Below are positions 30,868-41,841 of a stretch of DNA of 64,000 nt, piece by piece. The translations under genes and the position numbers were made by a program. Within the stretch, counting starts at the first letter, position 1. Each line of letters opens with the position of its first letter. This stretch comes from an uncultured Methanolobus sp. (GTDB lineage: Archaea > Halobacteriota > Methanosarcinia > Methanosarcinales > Methanosarcinaceae): contig OY776215.1 of assembly GCA_963675495.1 (NCBI GenBank), forward strand, positions 2,336,001-2,400,000. Direction: 5' to 3'. A model generated the notes under the pieces. The model was given only the letters and a program-made list of their open reading frames with translations. It had not been told where the DNA came from and searched no databases.

Positions 30868-31566
30868 ATGGGATTATTCAACAGGATGGGAACAGTAATT
30901 AAATCGAAAATGAATAAATTAATGGATCGGGTAGAAGATCCCCGGGAAACACTGGATTATTCGTATGAAAAACAACTGGAAATGCTACAGGATGTTAAAA
31001 GAGGTGTTGCAGAAGTAACAACATCAAAAAAGAGGCTTCAATTGCAGCGATCGAAATTATCAAAGAACATTGAGAAACTCGATGGGCAGGCAAAGGAAGC
31101 TATACAGGCTGACAGAGAAGATCTGGCACGTCTGGCCCTTGAAAGGAAGAGTGCTCTTGCAATACAGGTTCAGGGTCTTGACCAGCAGATCGTTGACATT
31201 GAAAAAGAACAAGAAAAACTTGTTGCAGCCGAGAAGCGCCTTTCGACCAAAGTAGAAGTATTCAGGACAAAGAAGGAAACCATCAAAGCCCAGTATTCTT
31301 CAGCTGAAGCTCAGGTCAAGATAAATGAATCCGTGTCAGGTATAAGTGAGGAGATGGCTGACGTGGGTATGGCAATAGAAAGAGCTGAAAACAAAACAGA
31401 CCAGATGAAAGCTCGTGCATCTGCACTTGATGAGCTCATAGAAGTGGGTACACTCGATGATCTTACAAGCAGTGGAGATGATATTGACAGAGAACTTGCA
31501 AAAATAAATGCCAATTCAAGTGTTGACCTTGAGCTTGAGAAACTCAAAAAGGAGGCAGGCAAATGA
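30868..31566 (+). CDS. pspA: PspA/IM30 family protein
   Basis: GGAGG SD then MGLFNRM; EDPRETLDYSYEKQ; coiled coil; REDLARLALERK. Confidence 0.92.
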   Translation: MGLFNRMGTVIKSKMNKLMDRVEDPRETLDYSYEKQLEMLQDVKRGVAEVTTSKKRLQLQRSKLSKNIEKLDGQAKEAIQADREDLARLALERKSALAIQVQGLDQQIVDIEKEQEKLVAAEKRLSTKVEVFRTKKETIKAQYSSAEAQVKINESVSGISEEMADVGMAIERAENKTDQMKARASALDELIEVGTLDDLTSSGDDIDRELAKINANSSVDLELEKLKKEAGK

Positions 31567-31841
31567 TCATAAGGATAGTTAGTGAAGGCCAGTATAAAGT
31601 ACCGAGCAGTCTTTTCGACGAACTGAACGTGATAGATAACAGAATAGTGGAACTTGTGTCTAAGGAAAATGAAGAGGAATACAGGGAAGAACTCTCAAAG
31701 CTCATTGGCATGATAAAAACCAATGGAAAGCAGCTTGATGACTCTGATATTGTGGAATCTGATATTATTGTACCACCCAGCGACCTGACATTCGAGGAAG
31801 CAAAGGAGATCTTTACGGGTGTAGGGGTATTTGAAGATTGA
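31563..31841 (+). CDS. PspA-associated protein PspAA
   Basis: MIIRIVSEGQY and SDIIVPPSDLT motifs; overlaps the pspA stop. Confidence 0.8.
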   Translation: MIIRIVSEGQYKVPSSLFDELNVIDNRIVELVSKENEEEYREELSKLIGMIKTNGKQLDDSDIVESDIIVPPSDLTFEEAKEIFTGVGVFED

Positions 31842-31886
31842 ACTCAATGTCCTAAATGGTATTGATTGAACGCATTTGTTTCTGGC

Positions 31887-32459
31887 TTAAAAAGGCATAC
31901 TCCAGAGGGGATACCATTTCCCCACTTCATTTTCGATTGGTAGTTCTTTTTCCATCAACGATTTGAGCCTAAGTTCCATTGGATTATCCCTTTTGCTCTT
32001 TCCCGTGGGAACGAAAGGATAATAATTTCCTTGTTTGAAGTTATATATCCAGTAAACAGGCCCGTTGCTTTCAAACCTGTAAACTGCACACAGTATCTGT
32101 TCCCCGAAACTCTGTTCTATAAGGGTCTGGGATATCATATGTATGTTAGTCACAAGGTCTTCAAAATCCCTGTCTTTCAATATCACCCATAGGAAATTAT
32201 ATTCATCCTTTTGAATTTCAAAATCTGTTCCCGTTTCTTTGGTACTGAACTTAAGAAGTTGCTCTATTTCTTCCCTTGTATTTTCGTATTTTGACATTTC
32301 CATAGATTTAAAACATATCCCTGCTACTGCAGAAGGTTTCAGATTCAGGTTTAGTTCAAGGGTAATGACTGCAGTTGATATAGCAAAAAGCCTGTCTGTT
32401 TTTGCTTCAGGTACTTTGCTTCTTCCAAGCACAGAATTGAACATATCACGAAAACCCAT
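31887..32459 (-). CDS. PspA-associated protein PspAB
   Basis: DRLFAIS, YWIYNFKQGNYYPFVP, RDNPMELRL, WYPLW; coupled to htpX. Confidence 0.75.
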   Translation of the reverse strand: MGFRDMFNSVLGRSKVPEAKTDRLFAISTAVITLELNLNLKPSAVAGICFKSMEMSKYENTREEIEQLLKFSTKETGTDFEIQKDEYNFLWVILKDRDFEDLVTNIHMISQTLIEQSFGEQILCAVYRFESNGPVYWIYNFKQGNYYPFVPTGKSKRDNPMELRLKSLMEKELPIENEVGKWYPLWSMPF

Positions 32460-33340
32460 CAGAGCTCGATCTCCCTCTGTATCTTTTCAAGTGCAGCAAT
32501 CCTTTTTTCCATGGATGGGTGAGTTGATATCAGATTCATCATAGAACCGGATACTGCAGGTATTATGAAAAAGGCATTCATACCTTCGACCTTACGAAGG
32601 TCCTCAGTAGGTACATTTGCCATGGTTCCGCTTATCTTTCTTAGTGCAGAGATAAGGTTCACAGGATTTCCGGTAATGGCCGCAGACCCTCTGTCTGCTG
32701 CAAATTCCCTGTATCTTGAAAGAGCACGAATAAGAAGGAAACTGATTATCCATACCAATATTGAAACGATCCATATTGCTACTAAACCACCATTTGAATT
32801 CCTGCGACCGCCTCCAAAACCTCCAAAATAGAAACTGTACCTTACAATATAGAATGCCAGTGTTGAGATGAAACTGGCTATTGTCAATATTGCCATATCC
32901 CTGTTTTTCACATGGCTCAGTTCGTGTGCAAGCACTGCTTCCAGTTCTCCCTGATCAAGCTTGTGCATCAAGCCTGTAGTTACAGCAACAACAGCATTCT
33001 TAGGACCTCTTCCGGTTGCAAAGGCGTTAGGTACGGAAGTGTCTACAATTGCGACCTTTGGTTTTGGCAGACCAGCGATAACACATAGTCTGGTGATCGT
33101 TTCATGAAGCTTTGGTTCTTCAGATTCTGAAACAACTCTTGCATTCATTGTCCAGAGGACCAGCTTATCCGAGTAATAATATTGTGCTCCCATGAACAAT
33201 GCGATGAACAAGAGCATGAATGTTTGGGGTGTACCCATGGACACAAGGAAAACCAGAAAACCAAGATAAACTACAGCTAGCAGGAACATCGTCAGTATCA
33301 TTCTTCCTTCTAGTCCGATATCTTTTTTCCATTCTACCAT
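32459..33340 (-). CDS. htpX: Zinc metalloprotease HtpX
   Basis: PNAFATGR, VLAHELSH (HExxH), SRYREFAADR, STHP. Confidence 0.95.
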   Translation of the reverse strand: MVEWKKDIGLEGRMILTMFLLAVVYLGFLVFLVSMGTPQTFMLLFIALFMGAQYYYSDKLVLWTMNARVVSESEEPKLHETITRLCVIAGLPKPKVAIVDTSVPNAFATGRGPKNAVVAVTTGLMHKLDQGELEAVLAHELSHVKNRDMAILTIASFISTLAFYIVRYSFYFGGFGGGRRNSNGGLVAIWIVSILVWIISFLLIRALSRYREFAADRGSAAITGNPVNLISALRKISGTMANVPTEDLRKVEGMNAFFIIPAVSGSMMNLISTHPSMEKRIAALEKIQREIEL

Positions 33341-33372
33341 TTCAATGCCTCTTATTGGTAATTCAATTTAAC

Positions 33373-34146
33373 TTATATATCATCTAAACGGAGTAATCCT
33401 TTTTGCCAGTCATTGATTATTTTGACAGCGGCTCTGGTTTCATCAATTTTACCCTTTTTCTTCAGGAAATTACTTTGTAATCCTATCATTTCAAGTATGT
33501 CATAGGAATTTTCATCTCCAATGCTTACCTTGTAGAAGGATTCAAGCGTTTCCTTGTTTTCAGCTACCAGTTTCTCGATAACCCTCAGTGCTACTCCTAT
33601 GGGGTCTTTCAGGTGAGTTGAGTCTTTTATTCCCAGTAGTCCCTGTATGTATTCATCGTGTTCATCCAGGGGGAAAACACCAGGTGTGTCCAGAAAAACA
33701 ATTCTTGAGCCTGCGTTGATTATTTGTACACCTTTTGTATGCCCGGAGATTGAAGATGTTGGAGCTTTACCCCTTCCGACAACGCTGTTGATAACCGAGG
33801 ATTTACCGGTATTTGGGTATCCTATACAACCAACTTTTACGTTCCGGTCCTGTATATCTGCAACTTCCAGTATTTTAAATCTCAACATTGTAGTCCCATA
33901 TTTCTCTTTTGAGGACACAAAAATAGTAGGTGCTATTTTTGCCATGCGGGATTTTGCCTTTTCAAGTTTATCTTTTGATACAAGGTCACATTTATTGAGT
34001 ACTATGATAAACGGTTTATTGAGACGCCCAAGATCGCGTTCTATCTCACTATTCCTGGTTTCCTCAGGAAAGCGGGCATCAACTACTTCCAGAAGGACAT
34101 CTGCTTTCTTTATGACGTCCTTTACTATCATTTTTTGGCTTGCCAT
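33373..34146 (-). CDS. Circularly permuted GTPase, RbgA/YlqF family
   Basis: DARFP, NKCD (G4) before GYPNTGKSS (G1), DTPG. Confidence 0.92.
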   Translation of the reverse strand: MASQKMIVKDVIKKADVLLEVVDARFPEETRNSEIERDLGRLNKPFIIVLNKCDLVSKDKLEKAKSRMAKIAPTIFVSSKEKYGTTMLRFKILEVADIQDRNVKVGCIGYPNTGKSSVINSVVGRGKAPTSSISGHTKGVQIINAGSRIVFLDTPGVFPLDEHDEYIQGLLGIKDSTHLKDPIGVALRVIEKLVAENKETLESFYKVSIGDENSYDILEMIGLQSNFLKKKGKIDETRAAVKIINDWQKGLLRLDDI

Positions 34147-34557
34147 GATTTATTCTCAGTTCAGAAAAGTGATATGATTCTGTTTATCCTTATTCTTTGA
34201 AAGGATATATTTTCTTTGATGAAATATTTGCATGGGCAAGGTTGTATATTGATTCATTGAACAAGACGATTTGATAATTAGTATGCATTATTTTGAATTG
34301 AATTGTGTGTGTATGGTTTTGTTTTTGAACGCACAAATGTTTGATTTTGTATTCATTCTACTAAATTTCTGCAGCTGTAAAACTTGGGAACCCTTAAGTA
34401 TTATGGACTAATTTAAAGTTACAAGTGCTTATTTGTTTGCAAGTCCCCTTTCTGGAAAGTCTAAAACAAAACTAATAATGCCGTAACAATTCATGTCTCT
34501 GTATTATTTTTCCTGAGAGGTTGAGATAAATCAATCACATCGTTCTAAAAAATATAT

Positions 34558-36393
34558 ATGACACTATCTGATAAGCCCCGGATTCTTGTTGTCGATGATG
34601 AGCCACTGAACGTTGAGTTGCTTCAGGCTTACCTTGGGTTGGATTATGAAGTATTATCTGCATATAATGGGTATGATACACTGGATATTGTTTCCAGGGA
34701 AATGCCTGATCTTGTGCTTCTTGACGTAATGATGCCTGATATCAATGGTTTTACTGTTTGCGAGCATATTAAAAGATCAGAAACTACTCAATTCATACCC
34801 GTTGTTCTTGTCTCAGCTTTGTCTGAAAGGCATGATCGTTTAAGGGGCATAGAAGCCAAAGCAGATGATTTTCTCACAAAGCCAGTTGACAGGCTTGAGC
34901 TTAAAATGAGGGTGGATTCTTTACTTCGCATAAAATATCTTCATGACAACCTGGTAAAAGAACGGGATCAAGCCCAAAACTATCTTGATGTGGCAGCAGT
35001 GCTTATGATGGTTCTTGATTCAGAACAGAACATCTCCCTCATAAACAAGATGGGTCTTGAGATACTGGGTTGTGCTAATGAGGAAGAAGTTATTGGGCAA
35101 AACCTGCTTCATAATTTTATTCAAGAGACATCGAAACCGGAAATGGAAAAACATATTTTAGGCACATTGGATAAAACTGGGTCTGATATTAGCTACCATG
35201 AATGTCCTGTGATTACAAAACAGAATGAACAACGTATTATATCCTGGTATTCTAAATCCCTGACAGATGAAAATGATCATGTAACGGGAGTTCTTTGCTC
35301 TGGCATGGACATCACAGTACAAAAAAAAGCGGCAGAGGAACTTAGAATACGAACAAGTGCCATGGAAGCCTCAATAGATGGGATGGCTATCATGGACGAA
35401 AAAGGTACTTTTACATATGCAAATAATGCGCTTGTACATATCTTTGGATATGATAGTCCTGATGAGATCATAGGGGAAAAATGGCATGTTCTTTACAATG
35501 ATCCTGAAATAGAATTAATCTCAAATATTATTCTGTCCGAGTTCAGCTTAAAGGGAAAATGGAAAGGTGAATTGTTTGGAAAGAAGAAAGATGGAAGTGG
35601 TTTTTTCCATGAAGCCTCTCTTACGGTTCTTGATAACGGGATAATATCTGTTGTTAGGGACATATCTGAACGCAAGGAAGTTGAATGCCAATTGAATCAG
35701 TATGCATTACAACTCAAGAGTTCAAATGAGCTTAAAGATTTATTTGTAGATATGCTTCGTCATGATCTCTTAAATCCTGCAGGTGTGATAAAAGGGTTCA
35801 ATGATATGCTTTTACAGGAAGAGGTCGATAAAAGCAAGAGGTACAAGCTTCAACTGATTGAGAAAAATGTGTCTCGTCTTATAGAAATGATTGAATCAGC
35901 TGCAAAACTTGCAATGCTTGAAGATATCAACGATCTGGAATTCAAATCTGTCGATCTTGCAGGTATCATCCGCAATGTGGTTCAGGACTTTGAACTGCAA
36001 TTTATGGAAAAGAACATAACACTTGATCTTAAGCTGGGCCAGTCGCATCCAGCTATAGTGAACTCTTTCATAGATGGGGCATTTGTGAATTTCATTTCCA
36101 ATGCAATAAAATATGGTCCTTCTGATAGTGTTGTGTCAGTTGAAGTGCAGGATCTTGCTGATGAATGGAAGGTGCTGGTTTCTGATTTGGGTGAAGGGAT
36201 ACCTGATAAGGACAAGGATTTAGTCTTCAATCGCTTCAAACGTCTTGGTGAAAAGAAAAAGGCTGTCAAGGGTTCCGGTCTTGGTCTCGCAATTGCTCAA
36301 AGGATTGTTGAATTGCACGGTGGAAAAATAGGTATTAGTGATAATCCCGAAGGGAAAGGTAGTGTATTCTGGGCAACAGTGAAGAAGGCATAA
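34558..36393 (+). CDS. Hybrid sensor: receiver domain + 2 PAS + histidine kinase
   Basis: ILVVDDE/LLDVMMP/KP receiver; PAS-PAC segments; RHDLLNP, NAIKYG, DLGEGI, GSGLGL. Confidence 0.93.
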   Translation: MTLSDKPRILVVDDEPLNVELLQAYLGLDYEVLSAYNGYDTLDIVSREMPDLVLLDVMMPDINGFTVCEHIKRSETTQFIPVVLVSALSERHDRLRGIEAKADDFLTKPVDRLELKMRVDSLLRIKYLHDNLVKERDQAQNYLDVAAVLMMVLDSEQNISLINKMGLEILGCANEEEVIGQNLLHNFIQETSKPEMEKHILGTLDKTGSDISYHECPVITKQNEQRIISWYSKSLTDENDHVTGVLCSGMDITVQKKAAEELRIRTSAMEASIDGMAIMDEKGTFTYANNALVHIFGYDSPDEIIGEKWHVLYNDPEIELISNIILSEFSLKGKWKGELFGKKKDGSGFFHEASLTVLDNGIISVVRDISERKEVECQLNQYALQLKSSNELKDLFVDMLRHDLLNPAGVIKGFNDMLLQEEVDKSKRYKLQLIEKNVSRLIEMIESAAKLAMLEDINDLEFKSVDLAGIIRNVVQDFELQFMEKNITLDLKLGQSHPAIVNSFIDGAFVNFISNAIKYGPSDSVVSVEVQDLADEWKVLVSDLGEGIPDKDKDLVFNRFKRLGEKKKAVKGSGLGLAIAQRIVELHGGKIGISDNPEGKGSVFWATVKKA

Positions 36394-36397
36394 GGTA

Positions 36398-36829
36398 TTA
36401 TTTACCAATATCCTCATACCAGATGTCCGGCTTTTCACGAATGAATTTTTGCATGATTTCCTTACATTCTGCTATGTCAAGATCGATAACTTCGACACCA
36501 TGCTCTTTCATAAACTCGGAGGCTCCTTCAAAAGTATCCGATTCGCCTGCAATGACTTTCTGTATTCCAAATTGCACTATAGCCCCTGCGCAAAGATAGC
36601 ATGGCATCAATGTCGAATAAATAACTGTATCGTTGTATTTTCCTATTCTTCCCGCGTTGCGAATGCAATCAATTTCAGCATGTGCAAGAGGGTCATCATG
36701 CTGCACTCTTCTATTATGTCCCTTGCTGATTATCTCGCCGTCTCTGACAAGGACAGACCCGATGGGGATACCTCCCTCTTTCAGCCCTTTCTTTGCCTCT
36801 TCTATAGCAGTTTGCATGAAATCGTCCAT
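36398..36829 (-). CDS. Cytosine/nucleoside deaminase (CDA fold)
   Basis: GGIPIGSVL, HAEIDC, PCYLC. Confidence 0.9.
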   Translation of the reverse strand: MDDFMQTAIEEAKKGLKEGGIPIGSVLVRDGEIISKGHNRRVQHDDPLAHAEIDCIRNAGRIGKYNDTVIYSTLMPCYLCAGAIVQFGIQKVIAGESDTFEGASEFMKEHGVEVIDLDIAECKEIMQKFIREKPDIWYEDIGK

Positions 36830-36975
36830 ATAATTCTCCTCAAGTTATAATATAAGCAGAAGCTAATATATTAGTATGTAGATATATTTTTTTTTATTGC
36901 ACATAAGTAAAAAACAAACTAAAAAAAAATTCAGATAGAAAAGATAATTGTATGCATAAGCATACTTACTCTCAG

Positions 36976-37293
36976 TTACAGGGTTAACATGAGATTTCCA
37001 AAAAAACAAGTGTTTTCATGTGCACTGATTGCTGCTGGCTTAAGTATTGCAATACCCTTGTTCATGGTTTTTGATGCTGTGAGTATTTCCATAAGTGATA
37101 ATTTACCTTCTTCAAACATGTCACCTACCGATTTCATACCTTCTATGAAACCTTCTTCAATCACATCTATGGGGTCAATTCCTGACCTGATAGTCTCCAT
37201 TGCAACATTTGTTGCTGCAGCATCATTAAAGTCTATTACTGAGTTTTTAGCTTTTTTGATAAGCTCTTTCTTTGCAGAATCATTGTTATTCAT
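36976..37293 (-). CDS. Stand-alone B12-binding cap domain (N-terminal module of corrinoid proteins)
   Basis: GIDPIDVIEEGFIEGMKSVGDMFEEGKL...ASKTM; lacks the DxHxxG Rossmann domain; TAA stop. Confidence 0.8.
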   Translation of the reverse strand: MNNNDSAKKELIKKAKNSVIDFNDAAATNVAMETIRSGIDPIDVIEEGFIEGMKSVGDMFEEGKLSLMEILTASKTMNKGIAILKPAAISAHENTCFFGNLMLTL

Positions 37294-37512
37294 GATTTGA
37301 TCATATCCTCAGACATTGTTCTTTGAAATATGGAAGTTTGATTTCGAAATGGTTCTTACCATCCAGGGCTCTCTATCTACTAATTTTCATAAGAACTTTG
37401 TCTACCTGAAATATATATTTGCCTGTAAAATATATAATATTCATATTTTCAGGAAAGCTATTGATGGTACGTGTAAAACAATCATTTAAAATCAAAAGCC
37501 TGATGACATGGG

Positions 37513-38757
37513 TCATTTGTGCTTTCGCAGGCTATCCAAATCTTTCTTAATCCTGAAAACACGATCATTCTTACGGACAATATCTCCTACTGCAAGTCCA
37601 ATTTCGTTTCCTTTTTCAATCGAATTTACATTTTCATCATCATAAACAATGGATGCAACTTCCTGTTCCAGATAAGTGGTACTACCCTCAAATATGATGT
37701 GATCTCCAACATTCAATCCTTTTTCCAGTAGCTTTACAGCTGCTGCAGATACCTTTGGGTAGTAATTTGTAACTACTCCTACGGCTTCTCTTTTTATTGG
37801 TGAGGCATTCATGTTAGAATCATATGCCAGACTGTCCGGTCCAGGATGACCGAAATAGAAGCCAGTTGAAAACCCCCTGTTATACTCAAGTGCCAGTTTC
37901 TCTTTCAGGGGGACAATATTGCTTCTATTATATGTGCCATCTATGAAAAAGTCAAGTGCCTGGCGGTAAGATCTTGACACGGTTGATGTATATCCCGGGT
38001 TTCGGAGTCTTCCTTCAACCTTGAAGGCATCAACTCCTGCTTCGACAAGTTCAGGTATGTGTTCTATCATGCAGAGATCCTTTGCGCTCATTAGATATTT
38101 ACCTTCAATATCAACAATTGCTCCGTTATCTGAATGCAGAGACCATTCCCAGCGACATGGCTGACTACATTCTCCACAGTTACCTGATTTTCCAAGCAGA
38201 TATGCCGAAAGATAACACCTGCCTGAAATAGACTGGCACATGGCTCCATGAACGAATACTTCAAGTTCGATCTTAGTATCTTCTTTAATCTGTTTTATTT
38301 GCTCTAACCTAAGTTCTCGTGCAAGCACTACCCGGCTGGCTCCAAGGGACCTATAGAACTCTGCAGTGATCTGGTTCGAGACATTTGCCTGGGTTGATAT
38401 GTGTATCCTCAGGTCTTTATCAGCAGCTTTCATTATCGTTGCAGGATCCCATGCGATAACAGCATCCACATTTGCAGAGGCAGCACACTCAAGTACTTCA
38501 CCCAGTTCTTTGAGGTCATCGGGGTATATTACGGAGTTGACTGCAAGGTATCCTTTCATTCCTTTTTCATGTATCTCTTCAACAAAAGAAGCAAGCTTTT
38601 CAGTTGTGATATCCTGTGCTCTGGACCTGAGACTCAATCTGTCAAGTGAGAAGTAAACTGCATCAGCATGTTCTTTACATGCTTTCAAAGCTGCCAGATT
38701 CTTCACACCCATCACAAGTTCCGGTATTTTGCTTTCGTTTTTATCAGGAGACATCAT
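37513..38757 (-). CDS. U32-family protein (peptidase U32 / TrhP-like Fe-S hydroxylase)
   Basis: ADAVY, HISTQANV, RVVLAREL, EVFVHGAMCQSISGRC, CSQPCR, KVEGR. Confidence 0.9.
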   Translation of the reverse strand: MMSPDKNESKIPELVMGVKNLAALKACKEHADAVYFSLDRLSLRSRAQDITTEKLASFVEEIHEKGMKGYLAVNSVIYPDDLKELGEVLECAASANVDAVIAWDPATIMKAADKDLRIHISTQANVSNQITAEFYRSLGASRVVLARELRLEQIKQIKEDTKIELEVFVHGAMCQSISGRCYLSAYLLGKSGNCGECSQPCRWEWSLHSDNGAIVDIEGKYLMSAKDLCMIEHIPELVEAGVDAFKVEGRLRNPGYTSTVSRSYRQALDFFIDGTYNRSNIVPLKEKLALEYNRGFSTGFYFGHPGPDSLAYDSNMNASPIKREAVGVVTNYYPKVSAAAVKLLEKGLNVGDHIIFEGSTTYLEQEVASIVYDDENVNSIEKGNEIGLAVGDIVRKNDRVFRIKKDLDSLRKHK

Positions 38758-38973
38758 GATAGAAATTCAAATTAAGATTTAAATTACTTGTGTTGGAAAG
38801 GCAATTTTAATTGTTCAGTGAACAACTTTTATTTGAACTTGGTAACTTATATATACTATAGAACACTATATTGCAGTATCAAGTAATGTTAGGGTTCCCT
38901 AATATTGTGAGTGTCTATGAAATCGTTGGTATTTAGTGAATATCGCTTTCTAGAAAACGACAGAGGTAAAAAA

Positions 38974-39210
38974 ATGGCTCCGATCATACCACTTGTAATG
39001 ATGCCGGAAGGTAAAAACAGCAAGATCATTTCTATTAACGCAGGTAGTTCCCTGCTTAATCGTCTCAGATCAATGGGCTTTATAGAGAACACCCTGCTTA
39101 AAGTGAAAAGGGGCATAAATGGTTCTCTCATCGTATCCATAAACGGGTGTGATTATGCACTTGGCAGGGGTATGGCTTCAAAGATCATGGTACAGGAATC
39201 TTCCTTATAA
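38974..39210 (+). CDS. feoA: FeoA-family protein
   Basis: GAGGT SD; RLRSMGF...LIVSING..YALGRGMASKIMV. Confidence 0.85.
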   Translation: MAPIIPLVMMPEGKNSKIISINAGSSLLNRLRSMGFIENTLLKVKRGINGSLIVSINGCDYALGRGMASKIMVQESSL

Positions 39211-39309
39211 TTTAATATATACTTCAGACGTCTTTTTGGAAAAATTTTAACAATTCAAAGCAGTTATACTAAAAAAAGGTGAAGCTCATTGAGCTTCATT
39301 TTGATTAAC

Positions 39310-39945
39310 TTATTCTTCCTTTTTCTGGAATATGAATGCAATTCCGAGTATCGCAATTACAGGAAGTGCAATTGTGGGGAATTCAGGAATCTCTGTATCT
39401 TCAGGACAGTTGTAACCGTATTTGTAAATTGTTACATGACCATCATGGCAGTCATCGCGTACATTCAAGTTCTTTATTTTTATTGTGTGGATAGTGTTTT
39501 CAAGACCTGTTATTTTCAATGACGTTATTTTTTGTGCATCGATATTTTGTCCGGTGTTAACATTTGCCCAGGTATCCCCTGTCCAAACTCTTTTACCGTC
39601 TACAACAACTCTTGCATATCCATCGTTCCTGTCACTGGCAAATACAATGCAGAAACAATCAGTTGGATACTGGGTAGTTATTTTCATATTACCCTGTTCA
39701 TCAAGTACAGCAAGTCTTCCATCTGAATTTGTCCATATGCTACCTTTAACGCTGCTATTGAAATAGGACTCAAAACCACTGGTTATGCTATTATGATTTC
39801 CATATGTCCATGTGTCAAGACTGCATTCTCCATCGACAAGTTCTACAGATACTGTTGATGATTGAGTGGTTGCTGCTGCTGTTCCAATTATCATCAATGT
39901 TGCAATCAACATAAGAAATATGTTTTTTAGATTACTGTTTTTCAT
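39310..39945 (-). CDS. PEF-CTERM surface protein
   Basis: Signal peptide MKNSNLKNIFLMLIA...; C-terminal EIPEFPTIALPVIAILGIAFIFQKKEE. Confidence 0.9.
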   Translation of the reverse strand: MKNSNLKNIFLMLIATLMIIGTAAATTQSSTVSVELVDGECSLDTWTYGNHNSITSGFESYFNSSVKGSIWTNSDGRLAVLDEQGNMKITTQYPTDCFCIVFASDRNDGYARVVVDGKRVWTGDTWANVNTGQNIDAQKITSLKITGLENTIHTIKIKNLNVRDDCHDGHVTIYKYGYNCPEDTEIPEFPTIALPVIAILGIAFIFQKKEE

Positions 39946-40158
39946 ATCGTACCACCAAAATTTGTAAGTAATTTCTACCATCTGTTTGGAAGTACTTAAA
40001 CATTATGAATATATATCTAATGTACTAATTAGTATCATAATCATTTCATCATTTTTCCAAAGTGAGAACTGCTATATTTCAAAATAAAACTGATAAAAAG
40101 TATGGTTACTATTAAAAAAATCAAAGAATTGGGTAAAGTGGGGTTAGATATAGCAGGT

Positions 40159-40938
40159 TTAAAATTGTTTTTTGTTCCCGCTTGGTCCTCTCATATAATT
40201 GCCAAATTCTGAATCTATAAGTTGAATTCCATTGAAAACAGGTCCGTCTTTGCAGACTCGAAGTCCTGTTTTGTCCATACAGCATGCACCACAAACGCCG
40301 ATTCCGCATTTGAAATACCGGTGAAGACTGAACTCAGTCTTTTCAAGGGCATCCTCTTTTTCAAGCATTCCGAAAATAGCCTTCATCATCATTTCAGGAC
40401 CGCAAGTGTAGATCCTGTCATAAGATCTGATGTCGGTCTCAGCAAGGACATCGGTTACAAAACCACATCTGTGAGCTGAACCATCGTCCGTTGTCAGGTG
40501 TAGTTCACCACATGATGCAAATTGATCTACAAAAATCAATTCATCCGCATTTCTGGCTCCGAGTATGGTGCTCATGCAAACGCCTGTAGATGCTGCATAT
40601 TCAGCAAGATGCACAAGTGGTACAGTTCCTACTCCGCCTGCGATAAGGAGTATCTTCTCATCCTTACTCGGAAGCGTGAATCCCTTTCCGAAAGGTCCTC
40701 TTATCCCAAGAGTATCCCCTTCTTCAAGCGCGAACATCTTTTCAGTTGCATCCCCTACTTTCTGCACGGTGATGGAGTTCTTGCTTGACAGTCCCATGGG
40801 AATCTCATCAACACCTCTTATCCAGACCATTACAAATTGACCTGCAATTGTATCATCAAATGACCTATCGAAAACGAAGGTTCTGATTGATGGTGTTTCT
40901 TTGATTATCTTAGTTATTTTGACGTTGGTGGGGTACAT
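40159..40938 (-). CDS. pyrK: Dihydroorotate dehydrogenase electron transfer subunit
   Basis: [33 protein letters not shown]...VCKDGPVF. Confidence 0.95.
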   Translation of the reverse strand: MYPTNVKITKIIKETPSIRTFVFDRSFDDTIAGQFVMVWIRGVDEIPMGLSSKNSITVQKVGDATEKMFALEEGDTLGIRGPFGKGFTLPSKDEKILLIAGGVGTVPLVHLAEYAASTGVCMSTILGARNADELIFVDQFASCGELHLTTDDGSAHRCGFVTDVLAETDIRSYDRIYTCGPEMMMKAIFGMLEKEDALEKTEFSLHRYFKCGIGVCGACCMDKTGLRVCKDGPVFNGIQLIDSEFGNYMRGPSGNKKQF

Positions 40939-41840
40939 TATATCCTCTCATGTGCAATCCCAATGATATCTGCTATATTGCGGTATTCTTTTTCAGAAAC
41001 GAACTTTTCGATTCCCGTGGAAATGGAGCTGAATACTTCCAGTCCTTCGTAGACTGCAGAGCCTATCTGTACTGCGCTGGCTCCTGCCATCATCATTTCT
41101 ATAGCATCTTCCCATGTGTAAACACCTCCAACACCAATAATGGGTATATCGAGGGCAGTGTATAGGTCATATACACATTTCAATGCAACTGGCTTCACAG
41201 CACGACCGGAAAGTCCACCGAACTTATTGCCAAGTATGGGGTAGCCACTGTTGATGTCTATTGCCATTCCTTTTAGAGTATTGATGGCAACAACAGCATC
41301 AGCTCCACCTCTTTGTGCTGCTTCTCCAATTGTTACAATATCCGTGACATTGGGTGTTAATTTCACCCATACAGGCACATCCACGGCATCTTTTACTGCT
41401 TTTGTGATGCTTTCCACAGCATCAGGATTGCTTCCTACAGCAGCTCCATATCCCAATGCATGAGGACAACTTACATTCAGCTCAAATGCATTGGGCTTTG
41501 ATTCAATAAGACCAAGAGCCACATTCACAAACTCTTCTTCAGTGCCGCCGAATATGCTTGCAATAATCGGAGTATCTGTCTGGTTCTTTGCTATTGCGAG
41601 CTCATTCTTAAAATCAGGATGGGAAGGATTTGGTAATCCCATAGCATTTAAAAACCCATATCCAAGGTTTATCATACTTGGATTTTTATGCCCTTCTTTA
41701 GGTTCTGGGCCAATGGATTTTGTCACGACTGCGCCAGCTCCCTCTTTTGCAACACGTAAAAGTGATGCGCCTGTGGTGCCCATGATGCCGGCAGCCAGTA
41801 TTGTAGGATTTTTGAGTTTTATTCCGGTGATATCTATCAT
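40938..41840 (-). CDS. pyrD: Dihydroorotate dehydrogenase catalytic subunit
   Basis: [31 protein letters not shown]. Confidence 0.95.
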   Translation of the reverse strand: MIDITGIKLKNPTILAAGIMGTTGASLLRVAKEGAGAVVTKSIGPEPKEGHKNPSMINLGYGFLNAMGLPNPSHPDFKNELAIAKNQTDTPIIASIFGGTEEEFVNVALGLIESKPNAFELNVSCPHALGYGAAVGSNPDAVESITKAVKDAVDVPVWVKLTPNVTDIVTIGEAAQRGGADAVVAINTLKGMAIDINSGYPILGNKFGGLSGRAVKPVALKCVYDLYTALDIPIIGVGGVYTWEDAIEMMMAGASAVQIGSAVYEGLEVFSSISTGIEKFVSEKEYRNIADIIGIAHERI

Positions 41841-41841
41841 A

